Positions 8,601 through 17,389 of a stretch of 64,000 bases of DNA are shown here, one piece after another; positions within the stretch are counted from its first letter, which is position 1; each line of letters begins with the position of its first letter. Below the pieces are notes generated by a model. It did not search any database and was not told where the DNA came from. It was given only the letters and a program-made list of their open reading frames with translations. A program made the translations under genes and the position numbers. The stretch comes from an uncultured Candidatus Saccharibacteria bacterium (GTDB taxonomy: Bacteria; Patescibacteriota; Minisyncoccia; Phycocordibacterales; UBA2100), in contig CAYYEX010000001.1 in the NCBI GenBank assembly GCA_964471165.1, positions 1,037 to 65,036 on the forward strand, in the 5' to 3' direction.

Positions 8601-11600
8601 TTCAAATTACCCATTGGGTCGGTGGTTGTAATCGCCCAGTTCGCGTACGAGTTTGATGTTGTTCCAACAGCGTTTCCTATTGCAGTGAGCCGACCAAGCG
8701 AATCGCGAAGCGACGTGGAGTAGAGCGCAGCTGTTGCTGTCGGCGCAGAACGAGCGGTGCCCGATGAGAAATACGGCAACGTTTCTCGCCAGTTGAATCC
8801 ACTCGCGTCGTAACTCATATCTTTGACGGCGTACTGGTTGGTGGTTTCCGTGCTCGCACGGGTTTGAATCGTGCGTCCAAGGCCGTCAAGATATTCGTAG
8901 GCGTTTGTGCTTGATGCGGCGTTCAAGTTTGCTGTTCGCTGCACAGCAAACGCATTTGGCGTGTTCGTATATGTGTATTGTGTCTTTGTGACGAGCGTAG
9001 TGGGCGTCGTTTGGTCTGGCTGTTTTTCTTGCGTTGGCCGGTCAAGTGCATCGAAAATAGTTTGGAAGACTCTATTATTTTCGTCGGTCTTCTGTTTTAC
9101 TTTCCCTGCTGAGTAGTCGTATTGATAACCCACAGTGTGACTGAGCGGATTCGTGCTGGTAGCGACATATAAGTTCAGGGAATCATATACAAAGCTCGTT
9201 GTGTTGCCTCGTGGGTCTTTTTCTTGAGTAGGCAGCCCGTACAAGTTGTATGCCTTTGTGGTACTTGCGTAGGTGGACCCAGAAATCCATTTTTCTGCCT
9301 TTGTGGGATTACCCAAATTCACCGACCCATACGTGGTGTTGTCGTATGTATATTTTTCAAGAGCAATCGTTGTACCCACTGTAGTCGTTGCAGTCGAGGA
9401 CCCGCTTACTGACCATGTGCCACTTGTTGAAAACGTAAAGATGGTACTGGTTCCACTTGTCGTGCGCGAACCACCAGTCACTGTGTAAGCAGAAATGACG
9501 GACGTCGGTACTGAGATGATAACCGTCCCGTCACCACCCTTTCCACCAGCCGCGCCATCCTTACTTCCACCGCCACCCCCTCCGCGGCCATCTGTGCCTG
9601 GATTACCAGCCTGCGCTCCACCAGCACTACCACCTGCGCCACCACCACCAGTGCCGCCCGACTGGCCACCACCACTACAATTTGAGCCACCATTTCCACC
9701 ACCACCCGCATATGTCACTGAAGAACCTGTAATCGAACTCGCTGAACCATTACCTCCTGCGGACCCATCAGTTGCGGCAGCCCCCGCACCTCCGCCTGAA
9801 CCACCCTGATTACACGCGCCAGAATTTTTTCCGCCATTATTACCTTGACCCGCAGTACCGTTGCCCCCAGCGTTTGATGAGTATCCGCCGCCGCCAGAGG
9901 CACCTTGTGAACCTGTGGTTCCAAGCGCGGGCGCACCGCCACCGCCACCGTCGGAGGAGATACCGTTAAAGGTCGAAGTTGCTCCATGTGTACCATTTGA
10001 ACTCGAGTTTGCCCCAGAACCTGCGCCACCTGCGCCGACAGTCACGGTGAATGAACCGGGTATTGTGAGTGTACTTGCACCAGACTTCATGCCGCCTGCA
10101 CCGCCCCCTGCACCGCCAGAGTTAAACCAAGAACCGCCACCGCCTCCCCCGCCTCCAATGATTAAGTAGCTGTACGCAGTTGAAGTACTTGAGGTAACAG
10201 TTGTAGTTGCCGTGAAATCCAATTTTAGGGTGCGTTTTTCAGTTGGAACGCTCATGTTGACTGAACTGCTCGCTGCATAGAGAAAACTCGTGCCACGCTC
10301 ATCGTCACCCACGTCAGTGTAAGTACCATCGTCAGCACCCTGGACCTCTCCGAATTCGTCAGACTCTATCAAGTCGCCATTTGTTGTTGATGCATACGTA
10401 TATGCTTCTCCCACATCTTTATGAATAGACCCGCCATTAAACAACTGAACAAGCTTCCGTCCGAGGCCAATAAAAATGCTATTGCCGCGGTCTGCTGTAT
10501 CCCAACGATAAAATGTTCGTTGAAATAGATTTCCCGATATATCCGAGACATCCTCTCTAAACGGACGATTAACTTGTGCAAACCCTTCAGTTTGTTCGCC
10601 ACTCGTTGTTGCGGTTGCGTCTCCCTGGTTGAAATACGTCGTTACAACCGCATTCGGTTTTGTTTCTGTTGTTTTCCAAAAACCACCAAAGCGCTTGTCT
10701 CTAACCCCACGCGCGAGATACATCTTCCCGCCAGAATATGTGTACGTCGTCGCGGATGTGTTACCGAATCCGTCGTCTGTAGTTATCTTTGAAACCACCA
10801 AAAGAGAAACGGGTAGTTCGGGGTTTAAGCCTGTTTGCGCGGATTGCACATAGTTAATTGTTGTCGTACCACCGTACATGCTTCCGACGCGTTCGATGAT
10901 GTCCTGCTGCTGCTGACCATTCCCCGACCAGTTTGCGTATTCGATATTTGCGAAGTGCCCGTCCCAGTTTGAAGTGCCGTCCACGATTACCTGCGTGATA
11001 TAGCTCGGAAATGTGTATGCTGTGCTCGTAGCCCAACCGGAACCCGTATTGAGGTACACGATTTTAACGTCCGCAACCTCCGCTGGATTCATTCCAGCGG
11101 GTGCAATATTTATTGGCGCCTGATAAGCGCGGACAAAGTCCGCAAGCCCGTCGCCGTTGATATCCATGAATCTCATCCCGCGATCGTAATATTGCGAAGG
11201 CGACCCAGTTTTGTAATACGTCGGTGTTGCAATCGTCCACCGAGGGTCATCAAAAGTCTCCCAACCACGTGCGGTATTTAATCGCACCGTCGTTTTGACA
11301 TCATCCGAATGAAACCAATCATCGAGACCGTCTCCATTCACATCTACGAGCTGAGAGTAGCTTGCCACCCCGCCACTGGGTCCCGGCAAGTCCATCGGCG
11401 CAGTGTATAAGGTCGTTGTACCTGTATCCCATGCCGATCCATTTCCCAAATACGCCTTCTTTGTTTCCCCAGCGGCTGCCAGGATAAAATCCGGAAGTCC
11501 GTCGCCATTAACCTCTGCAAACAACCCTGTGGTCAAGCCAGTGCCTGGAGAATTGATGGCGAAGTTTGGCACTTCTCCTGTATATGTAGTGCTCGCAACC

Positions 11601-12895
11601 CAACTGAAACCCGTAGATGTGGCATACGAGTTGAGATAGACACCTACGGTCGAACTTCCTGATTCGGAAAGGCCCTTCGCAACATCCACTTTTCCATCAC
11701 CGTTTATGTCCACGTAGCGTACACCATATTCCTGCGGAATATTACTGCTATCTGCCCATATCCATGGGGGCGTGACACTCACAGCATTCGCTTGGTCAAG
11801 GGAAATTGAACCTTGGTATACCCCTGAGACTGATTTGAAAAGGGATATATCATTTAACCCGTTACCATTTACGTCACCGGGAACCATTGAGGCTTTATTG
11901 AGGATTAGGTCGGCAGAACTTGGCGAAACGTAGCGAGTACTCGTCGATATATACGTGAAATTAATGGGAGGCAGCGAGATTTGGGCCGCCGATTCGTCTT
12001 TTCCTGTTTGTTGAACCGATGAAAGCAGCGAACGCGAGCCGTTATTTCCCGTGGTGTACGAAAGCGCATACTTCTGAGTCCAGGAGCCTGAAACTTCGGC
12101 CAATATTTGGGTGACTCGGAATCGAGTGGTAACCCCAAATCCCTCTTTATAGCTCGTTAGCTGGTCTGCACGTGTCGATGTGGAGAACGTGATTGTCAGC
12201 GGACCGTCCGTAACGCCATTACCCGTGTAGAAAATCTTGTATGGATAAACTTGATTGAAATCCTTTACGTAGGTGTACTTTACGTAATTTCCGTTCGTAT
12301 CTCGGACTTCTTGCAACATCCAGCGATATATAAGTGTTGGCGAGGATGTAGATTCTGTTCTGCCCGACGAATCCGAGCCGAACGTGTATTTAGTGCCTTT
12401 TTTATCGTAAACGGTCCACACATTGCCGGAAAGTGTGTATGAATTATATGCCCCTGTATCAATCTTTGCCCGGTATGGACTCGATGTTGCGGTTGTGGTG
12501 GTCGCAAGCTCTCCATCTATCGAAGAACTGTAAGTCGGTTGATTGTACAGGTTCTGTACCCCCGTTTTATTCAAGCGTTCAATATATGGGATTGATAGCG
12601 ACCATCCGTATCCAACAATGCTGTTTTCTGTGCGCTGACTATTGTATTCGAGCGCTAGGTCGGGCTGCATGCCAAGGCGGCCGGGGGGAATCGACAGAGC
12701 GATTCGTTGTGTTAACGCCCCAGTTGAACCATCAACTTTTGCCTGACTACTCTGAGTAAAAACGTTTTGATTGGGAACAGAGGGCGCAGCGAGAGCGAAA
12801 GTTTTTACCGGCACCAGGGGTGCAACTACGAGAAAACAGAGAACAATAGAAATTGCCTTGTTGAAAACCGAGTCACGCAGAGAGAATACGTTCAC
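5690..12895 (-). CDS. Secreted RHS/YD-repeat polymorphic toxin, 2401 aa, with a fused TcB/TcC-like BC cocoon architecture: SpvB domain, FG-GAP repeats, Gly-rich insert, LamG-like domain, RHS repeats, RHS core, and a C-terminal toxin. It starts with GTG.
   Basis: Signal peptide. SpvB motif LSIPPGRLGMQPDLALEYNS..GYGWSL. FG-GAP motifs DVNGDGLDD, DINGDGLAD, VNGDGLPD. Many YD repeats (YTYDAASNITQITD, YSYDGLNRLT, YAYDYQNQRVRQT). RHS core YIHSDHLGSTNVV...GLNYLNARYLQNSRGQFLSQD...NPMRFSDPQG. Confidence 0.9.
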   Translation of the reverse strand: MNVFSLRDSVFNKAISIVLCFLVVAPLVPVKTFALAAPSVPNQNVFTQSSQAKVDGSTGALTQRIALSIPPGRLGMQPDLALEYNSQRTENSIVGYGWSLSIPYIERLNKTGVQNLYNQPTYSSSIDGELATTTTATSSPYRAKIDTGAYNSYTLSGNVWTVYDKKGTKYTFGSDSSGRTESTSSPTLIYRWMLQEVRDTNGNYVKYTYVKDFNQVYPYKIFYTGNGVTDGPLTITFSTSTRADQLTSYKEGFGVTTRFRVTQILAEVSGSWTQKYALSYTTGNNGSRSLLSSVQQTGKDESAAQISLPPINFTYISTSTRYVSPSSADLILNKASMVPGDVNGNGLNDISLFKSVSGVYQGSISLDQANAVSVTPPWIWADSSNIPQEYGVRYVDINGDGKVDVAKGLSESGSSTVGVYLNSYATSTGFSWVASTTYTGEVPNFAINSPGTGLTTGLFAEVNGDGLPDFILAAAGETKKAYLGNGSAWDTGTTTLYTAPMDLPGPSGGVASYSQLVDVNGDGLDDWFHSDDVKTTVRLNTARGWETFDDPRWTIATPTYYKTGSPSQYYDRGMRFMDINGDGLADFVRAYQAPINIAPAGMNPAEVADVKIVYLNTGSGWATSTAYTFPSYITQVIVDGTSNWDGHFANIEYANWSGNGQQQQDIIERVGSMYGGTTTINYVQSAQTGLNPELPVSLLVVSKITTDDGFGNTSATTYTYSGGKMYLARGVRDKRFGGFWKTTETKPNAVVTTYFNQGDATATTSGEQTEGFAQVNRPFREDVSDISGNLFQRTFYRWDTADRGNSIFIGLGRKLVQLFNGGSIHKDVGEAYTYASTTNGDLIESDEFGEVQGADDGTYTDVGDDERGTSFLYAASSSVNMSVPTEKRTLKLDFTATTTVTSSTSTAYSYLIIGGGGGGGGSWFNSGGAGGGAGGMKSGASTLTIPGSFTVTVGAGGAGSGANSSSNGTHGATSTFNGISSDGGGGGAPALGTTGSQGASGGGGYSSNAGGNGTAGQGNNGGKNSGACNQGGSGGGAGAAATDGSAGGNGSASSITGSSVTYAGGGGNGGSNCSGGGQSGGTGGGGAGGSAGGAQAGNPGTDGRGGGGGGSKDGAAGGKGGDGTVIISVPTSVISAYTVTGGSRTTSGTSTIFTFSTSGTWSVSGSSTATTTVGTTIALEKYTYDNTTYGSVNLGNPTKAEKWISGSTYASTTKAYNLYGLPTQEKDPRGNTTSFVYDSLNLYVATSTNPLSHTVGYQYDYSAGKVKQKTDENNRVFQTIFDALDRPTQEKQPDQTTPTTLVTKTQYTYTNTPNAFAVQRTANLNAASSTNAYEYLDGLGRTIQTRASTETTNQYAVKDMSYDASGFNWRETLPYFSSGTARSAPTATAALYSTSLRDSLGRLTAIGNAVGTTSNSYANWAITTTDPMGNLKDVSKDAFGNIANVVEHNASTLATTTYTWDLTGSLATTTDALGNVRGFVYDGLGRRTQAQDLHAPADSTYGLWQFTYDFAGNVSQQVDPKSQTVNFVYDGLNRVTSEDYTGSGGTEITYTYDTCTDGKTRLCIAATPSATSSYAYNALGLTRFATTTASSTNYMMQYTYDRLGNITDLTYPNSTLVSYIYNPGGQVYAVRKKAPSDTVWSNVASTTSYSPLGQVGTTTFWNGVRTVNTYDAAHLYRLSSKYTSKTATSSPFLQKIDYTYDAASNITQITDWTQTGAAKSVSYSYDGLNRLTGASMTNASSSPYSEYYLYDVLGNMTYMGTTSPSNGNTGSLDLEVGSAQYTYHNDATAFDITGDMTIEAWVKPESMNDVFGVVSKTRESGADPSAYAFLIYQPTHFGFTSNLMGFDTPVSGSLATSTWSHIAVVYDAITNKAEFFLNGLSVGTTSTFADDPQNDAFRIRIGTYGSDGSAGSAGYDGLLDDVRIWNVKRTQSQINTNRGSQLTGAESGLAAYYKFNQSYADSTASANDLTAVNNPAFSTDSPSGGATTTPTHLYAGTGYANPHAPTSVFGTTFTYDNNGNETNAGAWNHTWDYRNRMTQVATGTATSTYAYDYQNQRVRQTIGTATTLYPHKYWDISGATSTSYIFLGDSLLATVAADGRSTTTRYIHSDHLGSTNVVTNASGTPFQVLDYLPYGGIRYSSSTGQTNEKHQFIGQYTDASGLNYLNARYLQNSRGQFLSQDAIHLAIGDLERLKNITGNSEPYFLLDPQQFNSYSYGRGNPMRFSDPQGTYIESGFDLAMLSISVGIFFANPSWSNLGAVGLDTTSLALPGVPAIGGLTLRAAKAGEAAASLAKNQKAGAIGEQAAEIVKNTEKIPSVTKPGTSRIPDIFDHSAKTIGDVKNSNYQAWTAQLRDFHAHAQKIAYKMQLIIDHRTQLSNTIKQLNNQIEVIRKNLNEIKKSK
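5693..6208 (-). other. Variable C-terminal toxin domain of the RHS protein (172 aa after DPQG). No recognisable catalytic family. It has a hydrophobic segment and a C-terminal coiled coil.
   Basis: It follows the RHS aspartyl-protease/cleavage motif. Local GC drops sharply relative to the upstream 6.5 kb of the same gene. Confidence 0.6.
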
Positions 12896-12902
12896 GGAAA
12901 AG

Positions 12903-12919
12903 CCGTGGCGGTGCCACAG
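12903..12919 (-). terminator. Weak hairpin plus a CUUUUCC run between the pyrB stop and the RHS GTG start. It may be a partial terminator or attenuator.
   Basis: Minus-strand RNA reads CUGUGGC-ACC-GCCACGG, a 7 bp stem with one G.U pair, then CUUUUCC directly abutting the GTG at 12895. Confidence 0.25.
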
Positions 12920-12991
12920 ACTTTCTTAGCCTACCAATCAAAACATGATGAAGTTTACACATCTTCTGTGTATAACTTCACAAAATGATTA

Positions 12992-13906
12992 TTAGGAGAG
13001 TGCGTGCTCGGGGTCGAAGATGAGTTTGAGGATGGCCATGCGGATGATGACACCGTAACCCACTTGTTTAAAGTAGACAGCATGTGGCGATTGGTCCACG
13101 TCTGGTGTGATTTCTCCCACGCGCGGGAGCGGGTGAATGATGATGGCTCCCTCTTTCATCGAATCCGCAAGTGGGCGGTTGATTACGTAGTGGCCTTTTG
13201 TGCGCTCATATGCTTCTGGCGAGAGGCGCTCTTTTTGAATGCGGGTTTGGTAAATCACATCGGCGTCCTTCATTGCGTCAGCGAGCGAGTCTGTCTCGTG
13301 ATAGGTCACACCACTCGCCTTCAAGTGGTCTTTCAATTCGTCGGTCATCGTAAGCTCCGGCATGGAAACGCCGGTGATGGTTACATCTTTGTATTTACTC
13401 AAGAGGTATGAGAGCGAGCGCGCAGAACGGTAGTAACGCAAATCGCCGATGATTGCCACGTGTGCACCATCAATGCGGCCAAACTCTCGTTCAATCGTGT
13501 ATAAATCCAACAGCGCCTGTGTGGGGTGTTGCCCCGCGCCATCGCCTGCGTTGATGATTGGCACACCCGAAACAGCGGCAGCTCGCTCTGCGGTGCCGAT
13601 TTCTGGGTGGCGAATTACAATCGCGTCGGCGTAATTATTCAAAACCTGGATTGTGTCCTCGAGTGTTTCGCCCTTGATTGCGCTCGACATTTCGTTGGCG
13701 TTCTCAGCGGTGATTACCTGGCCACCCAAACGGAACATTGCGGACTCAAACGAAAAACGTGTGCGCGTGCTCGGTTCATAAAAAAGCGAGGCAAGTATTT
13801 TGCCGTGTAACGAATCATCCCGATGATTCTCCATCTTTGTCGCAATTGCGAACAACTCTTTTAAAGCGGCACGGTCAAACTGCTGGGTTTCAAGTAAGTG
13901 GTGCAT
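12992..13906 (-). CDS. pyrB: Aspartate carbamoyltransferase catalytic subunit.
   Basis: STRTR motif in FYEPSTRTRFSFE, HPTQALLDLYTI, and the HPLP motif. 304 aa. Confidence 0.92.
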   Translation of the reverse strand: MHHLLETQQFDRAALKELFAIATKMENHRDDSLHGKILASLFYEPSTRTRFSFESAMFRLGGQVITAENANEMSSAIKGETLEDTIQVLNNYADAIVIRHPEIGTAERAAAVSGVPIINAGDGAGQHPTQALLDLYTIEREFGRIDGAHVAIIGDLRYYRSARSLSYLLSKYKDVTITGVSMPELTMTDELKDHLKASGVTYHETDSLADAMKDADVIYQTRIQKERLSPEAYERTKGHYVINRPLADSMKEGAIIIHPLPRVGEITPDVDQSPHAVYFKQVGYGVIIRMAILKLIFDPEHALS

Positions 13907-13922
13907 CGAAAAGGATTATATA
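13907..13922 (-). promoter_or_regulatory. A -10 element TATATAAT located 8 nt upstream of the pyrB ATG, indicating a leaderless or near-leaderless transcript.
   Basis: Minus-strand sequence reads GGTATATAATCCTTTTCG-ATG. There is no Shine-Dalgarno sequence. Confidence 0.35.
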
Positions 13923-13939
13923 CCTTTTTTTAAGGCATT

Positions 13940-14659
13940 TTATCGAATGGAGAGCGGACTGCCATCGAGCCTGAACCACCCGATAATACTCTCGAAGAAC
14001 CCTTGTTTCTGCACGAGGGCGAGCGACTCGCTTACTGGTTGCGAATACCACCCCACAGTCTGCGACTCCAACACGCGAGTTCTTGTGTTAAATGTGCCAT
14101 AGGCTTTCACTGTGTCCCCCGGCACCAAATTACTCAGATAGCCCTTGTTGCCGTTCATGGTCACAATAGAGCCCGCAGTAACCTGAATCGTCGATGTTCC
14201 TGTATTTGTTTGTACCAGCACATCGTCTGTCGCCACAGAAAGCACAACTCCCTCCAAGGACGTTCCCTCTTGTAGTATGCTCTCGTTCCACAGTGTGCCT
14301 GCACGCACCGACAGAGAGGCCGCTTGCATGTCGAGCAGTCCCGAGAAACCGATTTTATCTCCCACCTGCACATATGGCTGCTCAGCTGCTTGCTCGGGTT
14401 CAAAATTTGTCGCCCCGGTAACGTGAATAATCCATTCTACTTTTGCCGGACCCCACTTCGAAGTGGCCCGAATTTCGGCGCCTGTAACCGACGTTACCTG
14501 CGCACCGTGAACAATCGTTTGCCCGTTTGCCGCGATAGATACAGATGCCTGCGTGTCCGCATATGCCGTAAGAGCATTACCGAAATAGAGGACGCCAATT
14601 ACCGCACCGATAATCGCCACGACCACGTGACGAAATGTACTGGATTTAAAAAAGTGCAT
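13940..14659 (-). CDS. Secreted hypothetical protein. Probable start MHFFKSS at 14659; the track's TTG start at 14671 is also possible.
   Basis: An N-terminal transmembrane/signal segment VVVAIIGAVIGVLYFGNALTAYA. No recognised domain. Confidence 0.5.
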   Translation of the reverse strand: MHFFKSSTFRHVVVAIIGAVIGVLYFGNALTAYADTQASVSIAANGQTIVHGAQVTSVTGAEIRATSKWGPAKVEWIIHVTGATNFEPEQAAEQPYVQVGDKIGFSGLLDMQAASLSVRAGTLWNESILQEGTSLEGVVLSVATDDVLVQTNTGTSTIQVTAGSIVTMNGNKGYLSNLVPGDTVKAYGTFNTRTRVLESQTVGWYSQPVSESLALVQKQGFFESIIGWFRLDGSPLSIR

Positions 14660-14672
14660 ACGACATATCAAA

Positions 14673-14704
14673 ATACGACCTCTAGTAATTCACTGAGGTC
14701 GTAT
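14673..14704 (-). terminator. A 10 bp perfect hairpin (ATACGACCTC / GAGGTCGTAT, 12 nt loop) followed on the minus strand by UUUGAUAU. Candidate intrinsic terminator or attenuator after the histidine phosphatase gene.
   Basis: Perfect inverted repeat seen directly in the sequence. A U-rich tract follows it on the minus strand. Confidence 0.4.
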
Positions 14705-14738
14705 CATGACGCACGAATGCTGAATACACCGTGAAGCG

Positions 14739-15377
14739 CTATCCCAAATGTGCGTGGTCGTTGTATGTCCACAATCGCCACGAAGCATCCTGCTCAAAGC
14801 TCTCTTGGTATCGCAGGACTGTTATCCCCGTATTCTGCATGTCTGCAGAGCGTTGAATACTCTGATATGACTCCGGTGTAAGCATGTCTTTAAGGAGCAC
14901 ACGAGCCACGATTGTTCTGAGAAAAAAACCATGTGTCACAACAACGATCGCCGACTCCTGCCGATCACACAGATAGCTTAGTGCTTCGTCCGCACGGCGT
15001 ACGAGATCTTCAAAATTCTCGCTATCCTCCACGCGCATTCCCGTCGTATAGAGACTCGTCTCCCACTGTCGCCAAATCACGTTGGCTGCCTCATCGGAAT
15101 AGGGCTTACCGTTGATACTCGTCGGCTTGATGCGCTCGACAAATAGCTCCGAATACTCCGGAGATTTATTCGTTTTCTTAGCGATCATTTCTGCCGTTTC
15201 TCTTGCGCGCGTGAACGGGCTTGCAACGAGCGCATCAAACGAGATCTTACTAATTCGTTCCGCGATCAACGCTGCCTGTTCTCTTCCGGCCTCATTCAAC
15301 GGCGAAGTCGGCTCCTGGAAAACAGGGGCCACATTGGCTTCGCTTTGTCCGTGTCGAACAAGGTAAACCGTCTTCAT
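14739..15377 (-). CDS. Histidine phosphatase superfamily protein (phosphoglycerate mutase family).
   Basis: N-terminal VRHGQSEAN catalytic motif. Confidence 0.8.
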   Translation of the reverse strand: MKTVYLVRHGQSEANVAPVFQEPTSPLNEAGREQAALIAERISKISFDALVASPFTRARETAEMIAKKTNKSPEYSELFVERIKPTSINGKPYSDEAANVIWRQWETSLYTTGMRVEDSENFEDLVRRADEALSYLCDRQESAIVVVTHGFFLRTIVARVLLKDMLTPESYQSIQRSADMQNTGITVLRYQESFEQDASWRLWTYNDHAHLG

Positions 15378-15383
15378 GCCGCT

Positions 15384-16643
15384 TTAGAGCGCAAACATCC
15401 CTTTCTTGTAGATAACCACCGTCTTTCCATTCTTGAGATGCGCGGTCACAGTGCGATCTGTGGTTGAGATCATATCGGTGTGTACAGAAGAATCATTGAA
15501 GCCAAGTTTCTGTGCCTCTTTGGTCGAGAGCTTGCTCACGTCGCCCGCATAGGTGTCGCGATACGACATACCCACAGCGATATGTGTGTTACCGAATGGC
15601 CCACCCATGTTCTCGTCGAAGAGCGTCTCTGCCATGAACTTGGTAATGCGTGAGTGGCGTTTGTCGGTGAGCGAGTACTCGCCCACTTTATTTGCGTCCT
15701 TGGTTGCAATCATTTCTTGCAGGAGCTTTTCGTTGGTCTTTGCTGTTGCTTTCACCACGAGGCCGTCTTTGAACCAAAGCTGAATGCCCGTTACCTTGCT
15801 GCCATAGCGATAGAGCGGTTGGTTGAAACGAATCCATCCGTTGGTTCCGCGCCAGTCCGGTGAGGTGAAAATTTCGAAGCTCGGAATGTTGCGGCCAGAG
15901 CCTGCCATCCATGAGCGCTTTTCGCCCAGTGTAATCCACAAATCCATGTCTTCTCCCACTGCATGGAGCTTGTCGATTTGAGGCGAGAGTTTATTGAGCT
16001 TGCCGCGGAACATATCGATTTCCTTGTATACCGATTTCCATTTTTTGATTGGGTCCTTTTCGTCGAGGAAGCACGCTTTGATTATCTGGTTCCAGTATTC
16101 CTTTTCTGAAATGCCGGCTTCTTTCGCCATTGCCGGTGTGCCGTACAAACAAATAGTCCAGGTGAACTTGTTGTTCCACTCTTTTTGATTGAGCCAATCC
16201 TTGTACGGCTTCATGGCAAGGCCGCGGCGCATTATCTTCTTCGGGTCCACACCTTTGAGCGCATGTGGGTCTGCGTCGGAGAAAATGTAGAGCGAGTGGT
16301 CAATTTGTTCCGCAATACCTTTCAAGTACGCCTTCGGAAAGAAATCGAGCTGGTGGTCCTTGGCGTTTTCGTAGAAAAAACGCGTAAAGCTTTCTGCACG
16401 GCGCTTGTCGCCTTGCTCGTCGTCAGGTGAGTAATTGGAGATTACGTGTCCACCGCTTTTTACTATTGCGTTGCAAATGGCCGCAAAAAGCGGCTTTCCT
16501 GATTCAGTCGCGGAAACACGCACGACTTCTCCTTTTTTAATTCCTTTGCCGCCGCCAAGGGCAAAGTTGACCATAACGTCAGCGTATTTTTCTAAAATTT
16601 CCTTTGATGGTGTGTAAGACATCTCGTGAGCGTACTTGCTCAT
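15384..16643 (-). CDS. Aminopeptidase, M29 family (AmpS/PepS-like).
   Basis: 419 aa. N-terminal MSKYAHEMSYTPSKEILEKYADVMVNFALGGGKGIKKGEVV, typical of thermophilic-type M29 aminopeptidases. Confidence 0.8.
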   Translation of the reverse strand: MSKYAHEMSYTPSKEILEKYADVMVNFALGGGKGIKKGEVVRVSATESGKPLFAAICNAIVKSGGHVISNYSPDDEQGDKRRAESFTRFFYENAKDHQLDFFPKAYLKGIAEQIDHSLYIFSDADPHALKGVDPKKIMRRGLAMKPYKDWLNQKEWNNKFTWTICLYGTPAMAKEAGISEKEYWNQIIKACFLDEKDPIKKWKSVYKEIDMFRGKLNKLSPQIDKLHAVGEDMDLWITLGEKRSWMAGSGRNIPSFEIFTSPDWRGTNGWIRFNQPLYRYGSKVTGIQLWFKDGLVVKATAKTNEKLLQEMIATKDANKVGEYSLTDKRHSRITKFMAETLFDENMGGPFGNTHIAVGMSYRDTYAGDVSKLSTKEAQKLGFNDSSVHTDMISTTDRTVTAHLKNGKTVVIYKKGMFAL

Positions 16644-16675
16644 GAGGAGTTTGTCTAGAAAGGGTTCTGGCGGTC

Positions 16676-17380
16676 CTACTGGTCCCCTCCGGTAGACGAA
16701 CTAAACTCGGTAGCGAGTACCACATGCATGGCATCTACCAAGGCTCGTTGTGTCTCGAGCGAAAACGATTCGGTTGCTTCGACAGATGTCATCGGCTGAA
16801 CACGATTGGAAACTGCCGCTTTCAATTCTGCTGAGTGTTTGGATGCAGCGAATGCGTACCAGGGGTACGACACTTCGACTCTTCCATCGATATATGTGCT
16901 AACCGTGATTTTCATTACGACCGAAACAAACTTAAGTACTTTTGCAGGCTGCGCATAGGTAATGCGCACGTGTGTGTCGGCGGTTTCTATAGATTGTATT
17001 TTGTTGTCCTCACGCATGAGTTCACGCGTATATGCAGAAAGCTCGGCCGCAGTCAGTGCTTCTACAGACATAGTCGACATGTCTTCTGCTGCTGTTGTTT
17101 TTGCCTGCATCATCATTCGAGTAGGAGCCGGCGCTTCGAGCGTGGGGTTGGCCTGCATCATGAGCGACGCTTCGGGCGCTGCCGGTGGCACAAAACTGGC
17201 ATCGTCGTCGCCAAGAATTCCCCGAACCATGTTTCGCAAGCCCTGACCGAGGCCTCCACCGGAGTCCGCTTCAGCACTTGCAGAAGCTTCCGCACCCACT
17301 GTGGATTGTGCAGAAATAGCCCCTGCCCATCCGAGGACAGAAACGATAATGATGAGTGGAAGAATCGCCTGTTTTTTCAT
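16676..17380 (-). CDS. Secreted hypothetical protein.
   Basis: Signal peptide MKKQAILPLIIIVSVLGWAGAISAQ. Confidence 0.5.
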   Translation of the reverse strand: MKKQAILPLIIIVSVLGWAGAISAQSTVGAEASASAEADSGGGLGQGLRNMVRGILGDDDASFVPPAAPEASLMMQANPTLEAPAPTRMMMQAKTTAAEDMSTMSVEALTAAELSAYTRELMREDNKIQSIETADTHVRITYAQPAKVLKFVSVVMKITVSTYIDGRVEVSYPWYAFAASKHSAELKAAVSNRVQPMTSVEATESFSLETQRALVDAMHVVLATEFSSSTGGDQ

Positions 17381-17389
17381 ACTTCAAAA

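Noticed and set aside
9495-10169. Plus-strand Pro-rich ORFs (9495..9809 and 9861..10169) and minus-strand ORFs in the 9478..10029 range.
   Set aside because: They are mirror-image artefacts of the GGN-rich, Gly-coding tract inside the RHS gene on the minus strand (GGN codons read as NCC, giving Pro, on the other strand). The RHS frame is continuous through this region.
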